Shown here: positions 28,308 through 35,716 of the stretch, piece after piece
Numbering within the stretch: position 1 is the stretch's first letter
How the letters are laid out: each line of letters opens with the position of its first letter
Notes under the pieces: generated by a model
What the model saw: the letters and a program-made list of their open reading frames with translations, nothing else
Databases searched by the model: none
Told to the model about the DNA's origin: nothing
Made by a program: the position numbers and the translations under genes
Origin: an uncultured Alphaproteobacteria bacterium
GTDB lineage: Bacteria > Pseudomonadota > Alphaproteobacteria > ATCC43930 > CGMCC-115725
DNA length: 64,000 bases
Assembly (NCBI GenBank): GCA_963796155.1
Contig: CAWCKT010000055.1
Location: forward strand, 20,442 to 84,441
Reading direction: 5' to 3'

Positions 28308-31300
28308 TCAATCGGAAACTTCGGCGAGCGAGGCGGCGGCGCGCCGCTCGAAGGTGACGGCGCCCTGCCGGCGCGCAACCTCGCGGGCGGTTGCGAAGGC
28401 GCGCCGGGCCCCGGCCTTGTTGCCGCGATCCTGCGCCAGCAGGCATTCGCCGCGCAGGCGCCAAATTTCGGCCAGATAATAGCCGACATCCGGCTCCTCG
28501 TTGGCGCCGAGCGCGCGATCGAGCATCGCCGCGGCGCGGTCGTGCCCGCCGGCGGCCAGCATCAGTTCGCCGGCGATACCGAGGAGATATTGCACGTTGG
28601 GCCCCGCGGCAGCCGCCTGTGCTATTTCCTCGACCAGCTCGGCGCTCGCCGCCAGTCCCGCGCCGCCCGCCCAGACCAGCAGCAGCCCCGCGCCGGCCCG
28701 GTAGGGCGGAAACCCGTATTTGTCGGCAATGGCGATCGTGCGCTCCGCCGTCTGCCCGGTCAGGTCGCCATTACCGGCCATCTGATGGGCCATTGCCGCG
28801 TTATAGAGGGCGTGGACGAGGCTGAACGGGTGATCGAGCGCGTCGCCGAGCGCGATCGAGTATTCCGCCTCGCGCCGGACCAGCTCGAGGTCGTCCGAAA
28901 GCGCGGCCATCAAGCCGAGGATCGCGTGCGCGCAAACGCCAGGATCATGGCCGCCATAAGCCGGGCCCAGATGCCGATGCCGCGCCATATCGTACGTCTC
29001 GACGCCGATGCGACCGAAATCCCGGGCGACCGCGATGTCGCCGCGGAAAAACGCGGTCGACCAGCGGCAATGATAGGCTTCGAGCAGAAGATCGCCGTCA
29101 CCCGAGCGCTGCGCCAGCGCCACGAGCTGGTCAGCCTGATCGCGGGCAACGGCCGTCTTGCGGGCAAGATTGGCGTTGAGCCACAGTCCCCATTTCGCCT
29201 TGTAGGCGGCGGCGCCGTCCTGCACATCGTCACCCAACTCGGCGGCGCGGCGATAGGTTGCCTCGACCTCCGCGCTTTGCGCCCCGGCGACGATCGTCTG
29301 CGCCGGCCCGAGCTTCAGCAGCAACGCCAATTGCCGGCGCCGGCGCGCGCCCGGGTCGGCCAGCCGCTCGGCCTCGTTCAGGCCTGCCGAAAAATGCCCG
29401 ATCGCTTCGTGATAGGCCGAGCGGGCGGCGGCGCGATCCCCCGCCCGCTCGCGGTAGTCGCAAGCGGGCGCCGTGAGGCCCGCCTCGCCGTAGTGGTGGG
29501 CCAGCAATTCCGGCTCGTTCGCCGCCGTTTCGGGAAACTTCTCTTCGAGTGCGCGACCGATGCGGGCGTGCCAGTCGCGCCGTCGCGCCAAGAGCAGGCT
29601 TTCATAAGCCGCGTCGCGCACGAGTGCGTGCTTGAAACTGAAACCGCGTTCCAGGCCGCGGCCTTCAGGAAAGACGATCCCGGCCGCGCCGAGCTTGGCG
29701 AGCGCGGCATCAAGTTCGGCCTCGGGTCTGCGGGCAACCGCGGCAAGCAGCGCAAACGCGAACTGCCGGCCGATAACGGCCGCGATCTGCGCCACCTCCC
29801 GCGCCTCGCCGAGTCGGTCCAGCCGGGCCATCAGCGAATCCTTCAGCGTCGCCGGCACCGCCGCGGCGTCCTCGCCCGCGGTCTCCATAACGCTCTTCGT
29901 CAATTCCTCGACAAACAGCGGCACGCCATCGCTCTTGGCGGCGATCGCGGCGACGGTTTCTGCCGGCAGCCCGCGCGACGCGGCAACTCCTGCGACCAAT
30001 TGCGCGCATTCCGCGCGGCCGAGCCGGCCCAGTGTCAGCATTGTCGCATGCGGCCGCGCCAGCCATGGCGGGGCAAAATCCGGCCGCGCGGTCACCGCCG
30101 CGAGCAGGCGGGCGGGGCCGATGCTGTCGATCAACTGTGTCAGCAATTCGAGCGTCGTGGCATCGATCCACTGAGCGTCTTCGAGGACCAGGAGTACCGG
30201 GTCGGTTTTGCCGAGCCGGGCGATCTCGTCGACCAGCAAGGCAATTGTCGCCGCCTTGCGCTGCGCCGGCGTCAGTGCCGAGGGGATCGCCGGAGCCCCG
30301 GGGATCGACAGCAGCTCCGCCAGTAACGGAACGGCGGTCGCATCCACCGCCGCGCGCTGCGCAAACAATGTGCCGAGCTTCTCGATGCGCACGGCAGGCG
30401 CGTCGGCGGCGGCAAAGCGCGCGGCGCGCGCCAGATGATGGATCACCGGGTAGAGCGCGCTGTCGCTGTGATAGGGCGAGCATTGCAGGTGGATGCGGGT
30501 ATGCAGCTCGTCCGCGAGAGCTTCCTGTAACTCCTCGATCGCCCGCGATTTGCCGATCCCGGCCTCGCCGATCACAGTGACGACCTGCCCCTCGCCCGAT
30601 CGCGCCAGACGCCAGCGGTCAAGCAGCAAGCCCATTTCGTTAGCGCGGCCGATCAGCGGCAGCGCGCCGCCGGTGCGGATCGCGGCGAAGCGGCTGGCAA
30701 CGGACGCCTCGCCCACCACCCGCCAGGCCGGCACCGGGCGCGCGAACCCCTTCATTTCCTGCGCGCCGATCGGTTCGAGTTGAAAGATGCCGCCGAGCAG
30801 ACGCTGCGTCGCTTCGCTGACCAGAATGGTGTCGGGCGCCGCGAGCGCTTGCAGCCGCGCTGCGAGATTGGGGGTTTCGCCGATGATGCTGTGCTCGCGC
30901 GCCGCACCAGCGCCGAAGATCTCGCCGACGACGACGAGACCCGTGGCGATGCCGACCCGCGCTTGCAGCGGCTTGCCGTCGGCGCTGGCGATGCCCCCGA
31001 TGTCCGTCAGGATGCCGAGCGCGGCGCGAACGGCCCGCTCCGCGGCATCCTCGAAAGCCTGCGGAAAGCCGAAATAGGCCAGCACGCCGTCGCCCAGGAA
31101 CTTGGCGACAAAGCCGCCAAAGCGGCCGATCGCGCCAGCTGCGGCGTCCTGGTAGTGCCGGATCAGCGGCCCCAGCAGCTCGGGATCGACCGCGCTCGAC
31201 AGTGCTGTCGAACCGACCAGATCGCAGAACAGCACCGTGACCTGCCGTCGCTCGGCCTCGGCCGCGCCCGCCGGTGCAACGCTATCGGCGGGGGTCGGCG

Positions 31301-31508
31301 CAAGATTGGACGTCGTCCGGGTGGAGTCTACCGTGCGCTCGGCGATCGCTCTGAGCAGCCGCCGCCGATTGCCGAGCGAGACGCCGAGCTCTGCCAGATC
31401 CTGTTCTGTCAGCTCGGGCAGAATGTCGAGATCGACGTCGTTTGCCGCGAACGCGTCCGCGTATTGCTCGCAGTTGTTCGCACGCAGCCAGGCGCGAAGA
31501 TCGCTCAT
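28308..31508 (-). CDS. 1066-aa multidomain protein: SAM-like N-terminus, class III adenylate/guanylate cyclase, P-loop STAND-type NTPase (AAA_16-like), TPR-like helical repeats
   Basis: LRAWLRANNCEQYADAFAANDVDLDILPELTEQDLAELGVSLGNRRRLLRAI (SAM-like). ERRQVTVLFCDLVGSTAL...FLGDGVLAYFG...GETPNLAARL (cyclase). VVTVIGEAGIGKSR (Walker A). A long Ala/Leu-rich repeat region runs to the C-terminus. Confidence 0.85.
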   Translation of the reverse strand: MSDLRAWLRANNCEQYADAFAANDVDLDILPELTEQDLAELGVSLGNRRRLLRAIAERTVDSTRTTSNLAPTPADSVAPAGAAEAERRQVTVLFCDLVGSTALSSAVDPELLGPLIRHYQDAAAGAIGRFGGFVAKFLGDGVLAYFGFPQAFEDAAERAVRAALGILTDIGGIASADGKPLQARVGIATGLVVVGEIFGAGAAREHSIIGETPNLAARLQALAAPDTILVSEATQRLLGGIFQLEPIGAQEMKGFARPVPAWRVVGEASVASRFAAIRTGGALPLIGRANEMGLLLDRWRLARSGEGQVVTVIGEAGIGKSRAIEELQEALADELHTRIHLQCSPYHSDSALYPVIHHLARAARFAAADAPAVRIEKLGTLFAQRAAVDATAVPLLAELLSIPGAPAIPSALTPAQRKAATIALLVDEIARLGKTDPVLLVLEDAQWIDATTLELLTQLIDSIGPARLLAAVTARPDFAPPWLARPHATMLTLGRLGRAECAQLVAGVAASRGLPAETVAAIAAKSDGVPLFVEELTKSVMETAGEDAAAVPATLKDSLMARLDRLGEAREVAQIAAVIGRQFAFALLAAVARRPEAELDAALAKLGAAGIVFPEGRGLERGFSFKHALVRDAAYESLLLARRRDWHARIGRALEEKFPETAANEPELLAHHYGEAGLTAPACDYRERAGDRAAARSAYHEAIGHFSAGLNEAERLADPGARRRRQLALLLKLGPAQTIVAGAQSAEVEATYRRAAELGDDVQDGAAAYKAKWGLWLNANLARKTAVARDQADQLVALAQRSGDGDLLLEAYHCRWSTAFFRGDIAVARDFGRIGVETYDMARHRHLGPAYGGHDPGVCAHAILGLMAALSDDLELVRREAEYSIALGDALDHPFSLVHALYNAAMAHQMAGNGDLTGQTAERTIAIADKYGFPPYRAGAGLLLVWAGGAGLAASAELVEEIAQAAAAGPNVQYLLGIAGELMLAAGGHDRAAAMLDRALGANEEPDVGYYLAEIWRLRGECLLAQDRGNKAGARRAFATAREVARRQGAVTFERRAAASLAEVSD

Positions 31509-31632
31509 CCCGTTCAGCTTCCCAGACCGCAGCCCGGTGCGCCTCAGAAGCGCTTCAAGCCATATATCAGATTTGAGGCGATCCGGCGCACCGAAATCGC
31601 CGCGAGCCGGTGATCTCCAGTGTCACCGGCCG

Positions 31633-32018
31633 TCAGCTCGGGTGTGTGCCGAACATGATCCAGCCGCCATTGCTTGGCGTGGTGAATGCGGCCAGCGCAG
31701 TCTCTGCCCGAACCCTGACCTGCCGTGCGCCGGCCGTGCCGCGGAGCTGCTCTATGCTGTCGGTGTACATGGCCGTACGGGTGCGCCCGTTCCCCAAATT
31801 GCCGCCGCTCGAAGAGAACGGGTGCGGTCCCTCGACCCTGATATCGCCCGCGTAGAACGCGAAGGCATCGCCGCGTTTGACGCCGTGCCACTGGAAGGCC
31901 TCCCAGGAAGAACTGCGCCATCGGTGCATAGCCGTCGTAAGGATTGAATATATCGACGTCCTCGGGCCCAAGCCCGGCACCCTCGTACATTCTCCTGGCG
32001 GCGCGGTCGGTCCAGTCC
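31633..32018 (-). pseudogene. Thiolase-like (SCP2/nsLTP-type) C-terminal fragment, copy T1 (no MITE, internal frameshift, no N-terminus)
   Basis: WTDRAARRMYEGAGLGPEDVDIFNPYDGYAPMAQFF, then in another frame EAFQWHGVKRGDAFAFYAGDIRVEGPHPFSSSGGNLGNGRTRTAMYTDSIEQLRG...GGWIMFG and a stop at 31633. Confidence 0.65.
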
Positions 32019-32085
32019 GGCATCGTGTCCCACGCCAAGTTCGTGTAATGTCAATCCGGAAAACGGGATCGCTCAACCAACCATC

Positions 32086-32313
32086 ATGGATCATCCTCGC
32101 ATCACGCTTGCGCCTGACGTGCTCGCCGGCAAACCCGTCATACGCGGCACGCGACTTTCCGTCGAATTCGTGATCGGCCTGATGGCCGACGGATGGAGCG
32201 AAGCCGATATTTTGGAGAATTATCCAGGTATTACGCACGACGACATCCTCGCGTGTCTCGCCTATGCTCGCGATACACTGAGCTCGGAGAAAGTGTTTCC
32301 GAGCGCGGCCTGA
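32086..32313 (+). CDS. DUF433-family protein (putative antitoxin)
   Basis: 75 aa. ITLAPDVLAGKPVIRGTRLSVEFVIGLMADGWSEADILENYPGITHDDILACLAYA is the characteristic DUF433 pattern. Confidence 0.7.
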   Translation: MDHPRITLAPDVLAGKPVIRGTRLSVEFVIGLMADGWSEADILENYPGITHDDILACLAYARDTLSSEKVFPSAA

Positions 32314-32315
32314 TT

Positions 32316-32669
32316 TTGCGTTTTCTCGCCAACGAGAATTTTCCTGCCGCGGCGGTCGCCTCCCTGGCGGCAGCTGGGCACGATATCGTGTGGGTCAGAA
32401 GCGTTGCGCCAGGCATGCCCGACCCTGAGGTGCTGGCATGGGCGGCGCGCGAGCATCGAATCTTGCTGACCTTTGACAAGGATTTCGGCGAACTGGCCAG
32501 AGGATCGGCACTGCCGCGCACCTGTGGTGTCGTGTTGCTACGGATGCCGATGCCAAAGCCGGAGGAGGCGGGACTACGGCTGGCCGCGCTGATCACCGCT
32601 CGCGAGGATTGGGTCGGCAATTTCTCGGTCATCGAGCCCGGCCGCGTTCGGATGCGACCGCTCGGGTAG
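32316..32669 (+). CDS. DUF5615-family PIN-like protein (putative toxin partner of DUF433)
   Basis: Probable TTG 32316, 3 nt after the DUF433 stop. LRFLANENFPAAAVASLAAAGHDIVWV...EHRILLTFDKDFGEL matches the Mut7-C/DUF5615 pattern. Confidence 0.65.
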   Translation: MRFLANENFPAAAVASLAAAGHDIVWVRSVAPGMPDPEVLAWAAREHRILLTFDKDFGELARGSALPRTCGVVLLRMPMPKPEEAGLRLAALITAREDWVGNFSVIEPGRVRMRPLG

Positions 32670-32726
32670 TCTGCGGCCTAGTTAAACGGTAGGGGGCAAG
32701 GGATCAGGCAGACCTCGACTTTACCT

Positions 32727-33094
32727 CGGGTCATTGCTGGTTTTGTCGAAGGCTTCAAAGAGGCCGATAAATTTCTCGAAGTGGCAAAGCTCGCCGCGGA
32801 GCGCGGCAAGCCGATCGTGCTCATAAAAATCGGGCGTTCGGAACTGGGAGCCCGGGCGGCACGCTCGCATACTGCAGCGCTGACGGGTGCCGATGCCCGG
32901 TGGGATGCGATCTTTGCCCAATACGGGGTGATCCGGGTCCAGGATTACGACGAACTCCTGGAGACGGCACACCTCCTGGCCCACACCCCCGAGCCCCTAG
33001 TGCCCGGCATCGCGGTGGTATCCCACTCGGGCGGCATCAGCTCGCTCACCGCCGACATGTGCGGTCAGGCCGGTCTCGATCTGCCGCCGCTCGA
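32727..33094 (+). pseudogene. Internal (CoA-ligase/flavodoxin-like) fragment of an ADP-forming acyl-CoA ligase family gene
   Basis: VIAGFVEGFKEADKFLEVAKLAAERGKPIVLIKIGRSELGARAARSHTAALTGADARWDAIFAQYGVIRV...GIAVVSHSGGISSLTADMCGQAGLDLPPL. No start or end of its own. Fused at 33083-33094 to thiolase fragment T2. Confidence 0.65.
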
Positions 33095-33535
33095 GCAGAA
33101 CGGGTGCGGTCCCTCGACCCGGAATCGCCCGCGTAGAACGCGAAGGCATCGCCGCTTTTGACGCCGTGCCACTGGAAGGCCTCCAGGTAGAATTACGTCA
33201 TGATTGCATAGCCGTCGTAAGGATTGAATATATCGACGTCCTTGGGCCAAGCCCGGCACCCTAGTGGTAGAAACCAGACACTTGACTCCGTTCTTGTCAT
33301 CCCGGCGGCAGGCCGGGATCTACAGTCTGGCCTGGATACCGGCCTTCGCCGGTATGACGGATAGGCGGGTGCGATTCGTCAGGTGCTATCCACTATTACA
33401 TTCTCCTGGCGGCGCGGTCGGTCCGGTCCTCGATCTCGTCCAAATCGGCCTGTGTGGTGCGCTGCCTGAAATTGTGCTGTGAGTGATTGAGCACATAGGC
33501 CGGCCTTTGCCGCATGTCGCGGGCGCGCTCGGCAG
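33083..33535 (-). pseudogene. Thiolase-like fragment, copy T2, interrupted by a MITE
   Basis: Nucleotide homology to T1/T3 on both sides of 33264-33393, by hand alignment (more diverged than T1 vs T3). Confidence 0.6.
33264..33393. mobile_element. 130-bp MITE, copy 1, flanked by TA/TA
   Basis: Termini GTGGTAGAAACC...GGTGCTATCCAC (imperfect inverted repeat). Internal hairpins CCCGGC..GCCGGG and ATACCGGC-cttc-GCCGGTAT. Absent from the same site in copy T1 (caccctcgtacatt). Confidence 0.7.
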
Positions 33536-33595
33536 CACCGCCAATTGCTTCGGCACAGGATTTGGCGTATTCGTACTGTGAATTACGGAGTTTGC

Positions 33596-33874
33596 ATGGA
33601 AATGGTCCGCATGACCGAAGCCGAGCTGCAACAAGGCTTTCGAGCCTTGGCAGGCCGCGCCCGCCGCGAGCCGGTGACGATCACCACCCCCGCCGGCACC
33701 ACCCCGGACGGCCGCGATGAATTCGTGGTGTTGTCGGCCGAGGAATATGCACGCCTCAAACGGCGCGATCGACGCGTCGGACTTACCGAGGAGCTTCCCG
33801 AGGAGTGGGTCGAAGCCGTGCGCAACGCCAAGGTGCCGGACGAATTCGCCGCCCTCGACGCCGAGCTGAAATAG
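33596..33874 (+). CDS. Phd/YefM-like antitoxin (orphan)
   Basis: MEMVRMTEAELQQGFRALAGRARREPVTITTP...DEFVVLSAEEYARLKRRD is an antitoxin-like N-terminal fold pattern. It is followed 8 nt later by a toxin stub. Confidence 0.55.
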   Translation: MEMVRMTEAELQQGFRALAGRARREPVTITTPAGTTPDGRDEFVVLSAEEYARLKRRDRRVGLTEELPEEWVEAVRNAKVPDEFAALDAELK

Positions 33875-33881
33875 CTCGTGC

Positions 33882-33980
33882 GTGCCGCTGCCCGCGCCTG
33901 TTCCGGGCCTTGTCATCCGCTATAGCTATTTGTGGCACAGCGAGCACCCGGCGGGGCGCGAGGAGGTGCGGCTTAGGTAG
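33882..33980 (+). pseudogene. N-terminal 32 codons of a PemK/MazF-like toxin, truncated
   Basis: VPLPAPVPGLVIRYSYLWHSEHPAGREEVRLR*. The GLVIRYSYLW.SE...GREEG opening is recalled from small toxin-like proteins of Rhizobiales. No continuation exists in any frame before the convergent gene at 34016. Confidence 0.4.
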
Positions 33981-34015
33981 AGGAAAGCAGCGCAAAAGGG
34001 GACGGTTTGGGGGGA

Positions 34016-34417
34016 TCAGCGCTCTTTGAGGCGCTTCAACCCGTCAAGGAAGCGGGAGACCTCAGCGCGCGTCCAGCTCGCCCCCTCGTTCCAGAACTCC
34101 AGCAGCGCGTCGCGGTTGAGACCGACCCACGCGGAGACCAGCGGAGCGCGCTGTCTGACGACGTGGTCCGGCAGGCTGTTCGCCACGACCCGTGGCGGGT
34201 CAGCGATCGTCACCGAGCAGCTCGGCTGCGCTTCCCCTGCCCGGCCATCGAAGTACTTCACGCGCGGCCCGTGCCTGCCCATGCGTGTCGATACGAAGAT
34301 CGTCCCGGGGATGCCGGTATCCTCCTCCGGGAGGTTCGCCATCTCGACCAGGTCCTCGTCCGCCAGCTCGTCGGCTAGCGGCGCGTCCGCGGGCACATTG
34401 GTGACGGTCATCGGCAT
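34016..34417 (-). CDS. Hypothetical protein, 133 aa
   Basis: Clean ORF with non-repetitive composition (acidic N-terminus, GTIFVSTRMGRHGPRVKYF core). No family recognised and no obvious SD. Confidence 0.45.
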   Translation of the reverse strand: MPMTVTNVPADAPLADELADEDLVEMANLPEEDTGIPGTIFVSTRMGRHGPRVKYFDGRAGEAQPSCSVTIADPPRVVANSLPDHVVRQRAPLVSAWVGLNRDALLEFWNEGASWTRAEVSRFLDGLKRLKER

Positions 34418-34504
34418 GGGAGAACCAAAATAACGTCGTGGTCTCTAAAAGTAAAGGTCGGCCCGGCGCAGTCGGAACCGCCAAGGCGCCTTCACCCGGT
34501 GGGT

Positions 34505-35165
34505 CCGTCAGCTCGGGATTTGCCGAACATGATCCAGCCGCCACTGCTTGGCGTGGTGAATGCCGCCAGCGCAGTCTCTGCCCGCACCCTGACCTGCCGT
34601 GCGCCGGCCGTGCCGCGGAGCTGCTCTATGCTGTCGGTGTACATGGCCGTACGGGTGCGCCCGTTCCCCAAATTGCCGCCGCTCGAAGAGAACGGGTGCG
34701 GTCCCTCGACCCTGATATCGCCCGCGTAGAACGCGAAGGCATCGCCGCGTTTGACGCCGTGCCACTGGAAGGCCTCGCCACCACCCTCCCCGGAAGAACT
34801 GCGCCATGGGTGCATAGCCGTCGTAAGGATTGAATATATCGACGTCCTTGGGCCCAAGCCCGGCACCCTAGTGGTAGAAACCAGACACTTGACTCCGTTC
34901 TTGTCATCCCGGCGCAGGCCGGGATCTACAGTCTGGCCTGGATACCGGCCTTCGCCGGTATGACGGATAGGCGGGTGCAATTCGTCAGGTGCTATCCACT
35001 AGTACATTCTCCTGGCGGCGCGGTCGGTCCAGTCCTCGATCTCGTCCAAATCGGCCTGCGTGGTGCGCTGCCTGAAGTTGTGCTGTGAGTGATTGAGCAC
35101 ATGGACCGGCGACTGCCGCATGTCGCGGGCGCGCTCGGCAGTCGTGAACAGATACGCGGCGGATG
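34505..35165 (-). pseudogene. Thiolase-like fragment, copy T3, interrupted by a MITE and frameshifted
   Basis: 3' part differs from T1 at 3 positions over ~250 nt (hand alignment). Upstream part encodes AAYLFTTAERARDMRQSPVHVLNHSQHNF...EIEDWTDRAARRMY. Confidence 0.65.
34871..34999. mobile_element. 129-bp MITE, copy 2, flanked by TA/TA
   Basis: Same element and same insertion site as 33264-33393. By eye they differ by one 1-nt indel and one substitution. Confidence 0.7.
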
Positions 35166-35212
35166 TGTTGACTGGCCGGTGTACTGCGGCTTCGGCTTTA
35201 ATGTCGGACACT

Positions 35213-35433
35213 ATCGCGGCGCCTGGCGCATCGACCACGGCTGGGAGGGGCTCGGCCTCGACCTGCCGATGGTCCATCGTCACTATGACGTGTTCGAGAT
35301 CGCCCCCGAGCGGATGGCCTGGTTCGGGAAGAGGACCGTGCAATTCGTCATTGGCGTCGAGGGTCACATCGAGAGCCTGGCCGTGCCGCTCGAGCCGGCG
35401 GTGGCGCCGATCACATTCCGGCGCCTGCCGTAG
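35213..35433 (+). pseudogene. C-terminal DUF3471-like fragment of a serine hydrolase/beta-lactamase-family gene
   Basis: YRGAWRIDHGWEGLGLDLPMVHRHYDVFEIAPERMAWFGKRTVQFVIGVEGHIESLAVPLEPAVAPITFRRL resembles the C-terminal extension of class-C-like esterases. There is no catalytic domain upstream. Confidence 0.45.
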
Positions 35434-35716
35434 CCGCCGATACTGGCGCCCCCTTGACAGAGGTCGGACCCAGCAACCATATATGTTATAGCAATTGCTT
35501 AAGGAGAAAATGATGCGCAAAACCGGGTGCCAAATTTCCCTGCCAAATGCCCCAAACCGCAGCGAAATTCCGCTGCCGGCAGGCTCGGCCAAATAGAGAG
35601 ATGGTGCTGATATATCGAAGATTTTTTGCGTCGAGAGGGCGTTTTCGGGGGCTGAAAAGCGTTTTTTCCCTGCCGTCAGGGAAAACGGACTTCGTCCCCT
35701 CTCCGCGGCGCGCCGG

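Noticed and set aside
28308-31508. Calling the cyclase protein a Pycsar/CBASS-type defence cyclase.
   Set aside because: It is a class III cyclase fused to a STAND NTPase, not a small PycC or CD-NTase. No effector gene is adjacent. Only the architecture-based hypothesis is reported.
35672-35700. Hairpin TTCCCTG-ccgt-CAGGGAA as the rho-independent terminator of the reductase gene.
   Set aside because: On the reductase (minus) transcript the stem is followed by an A-run, not a U-run. On the plus strand the T-run precedes the stem.
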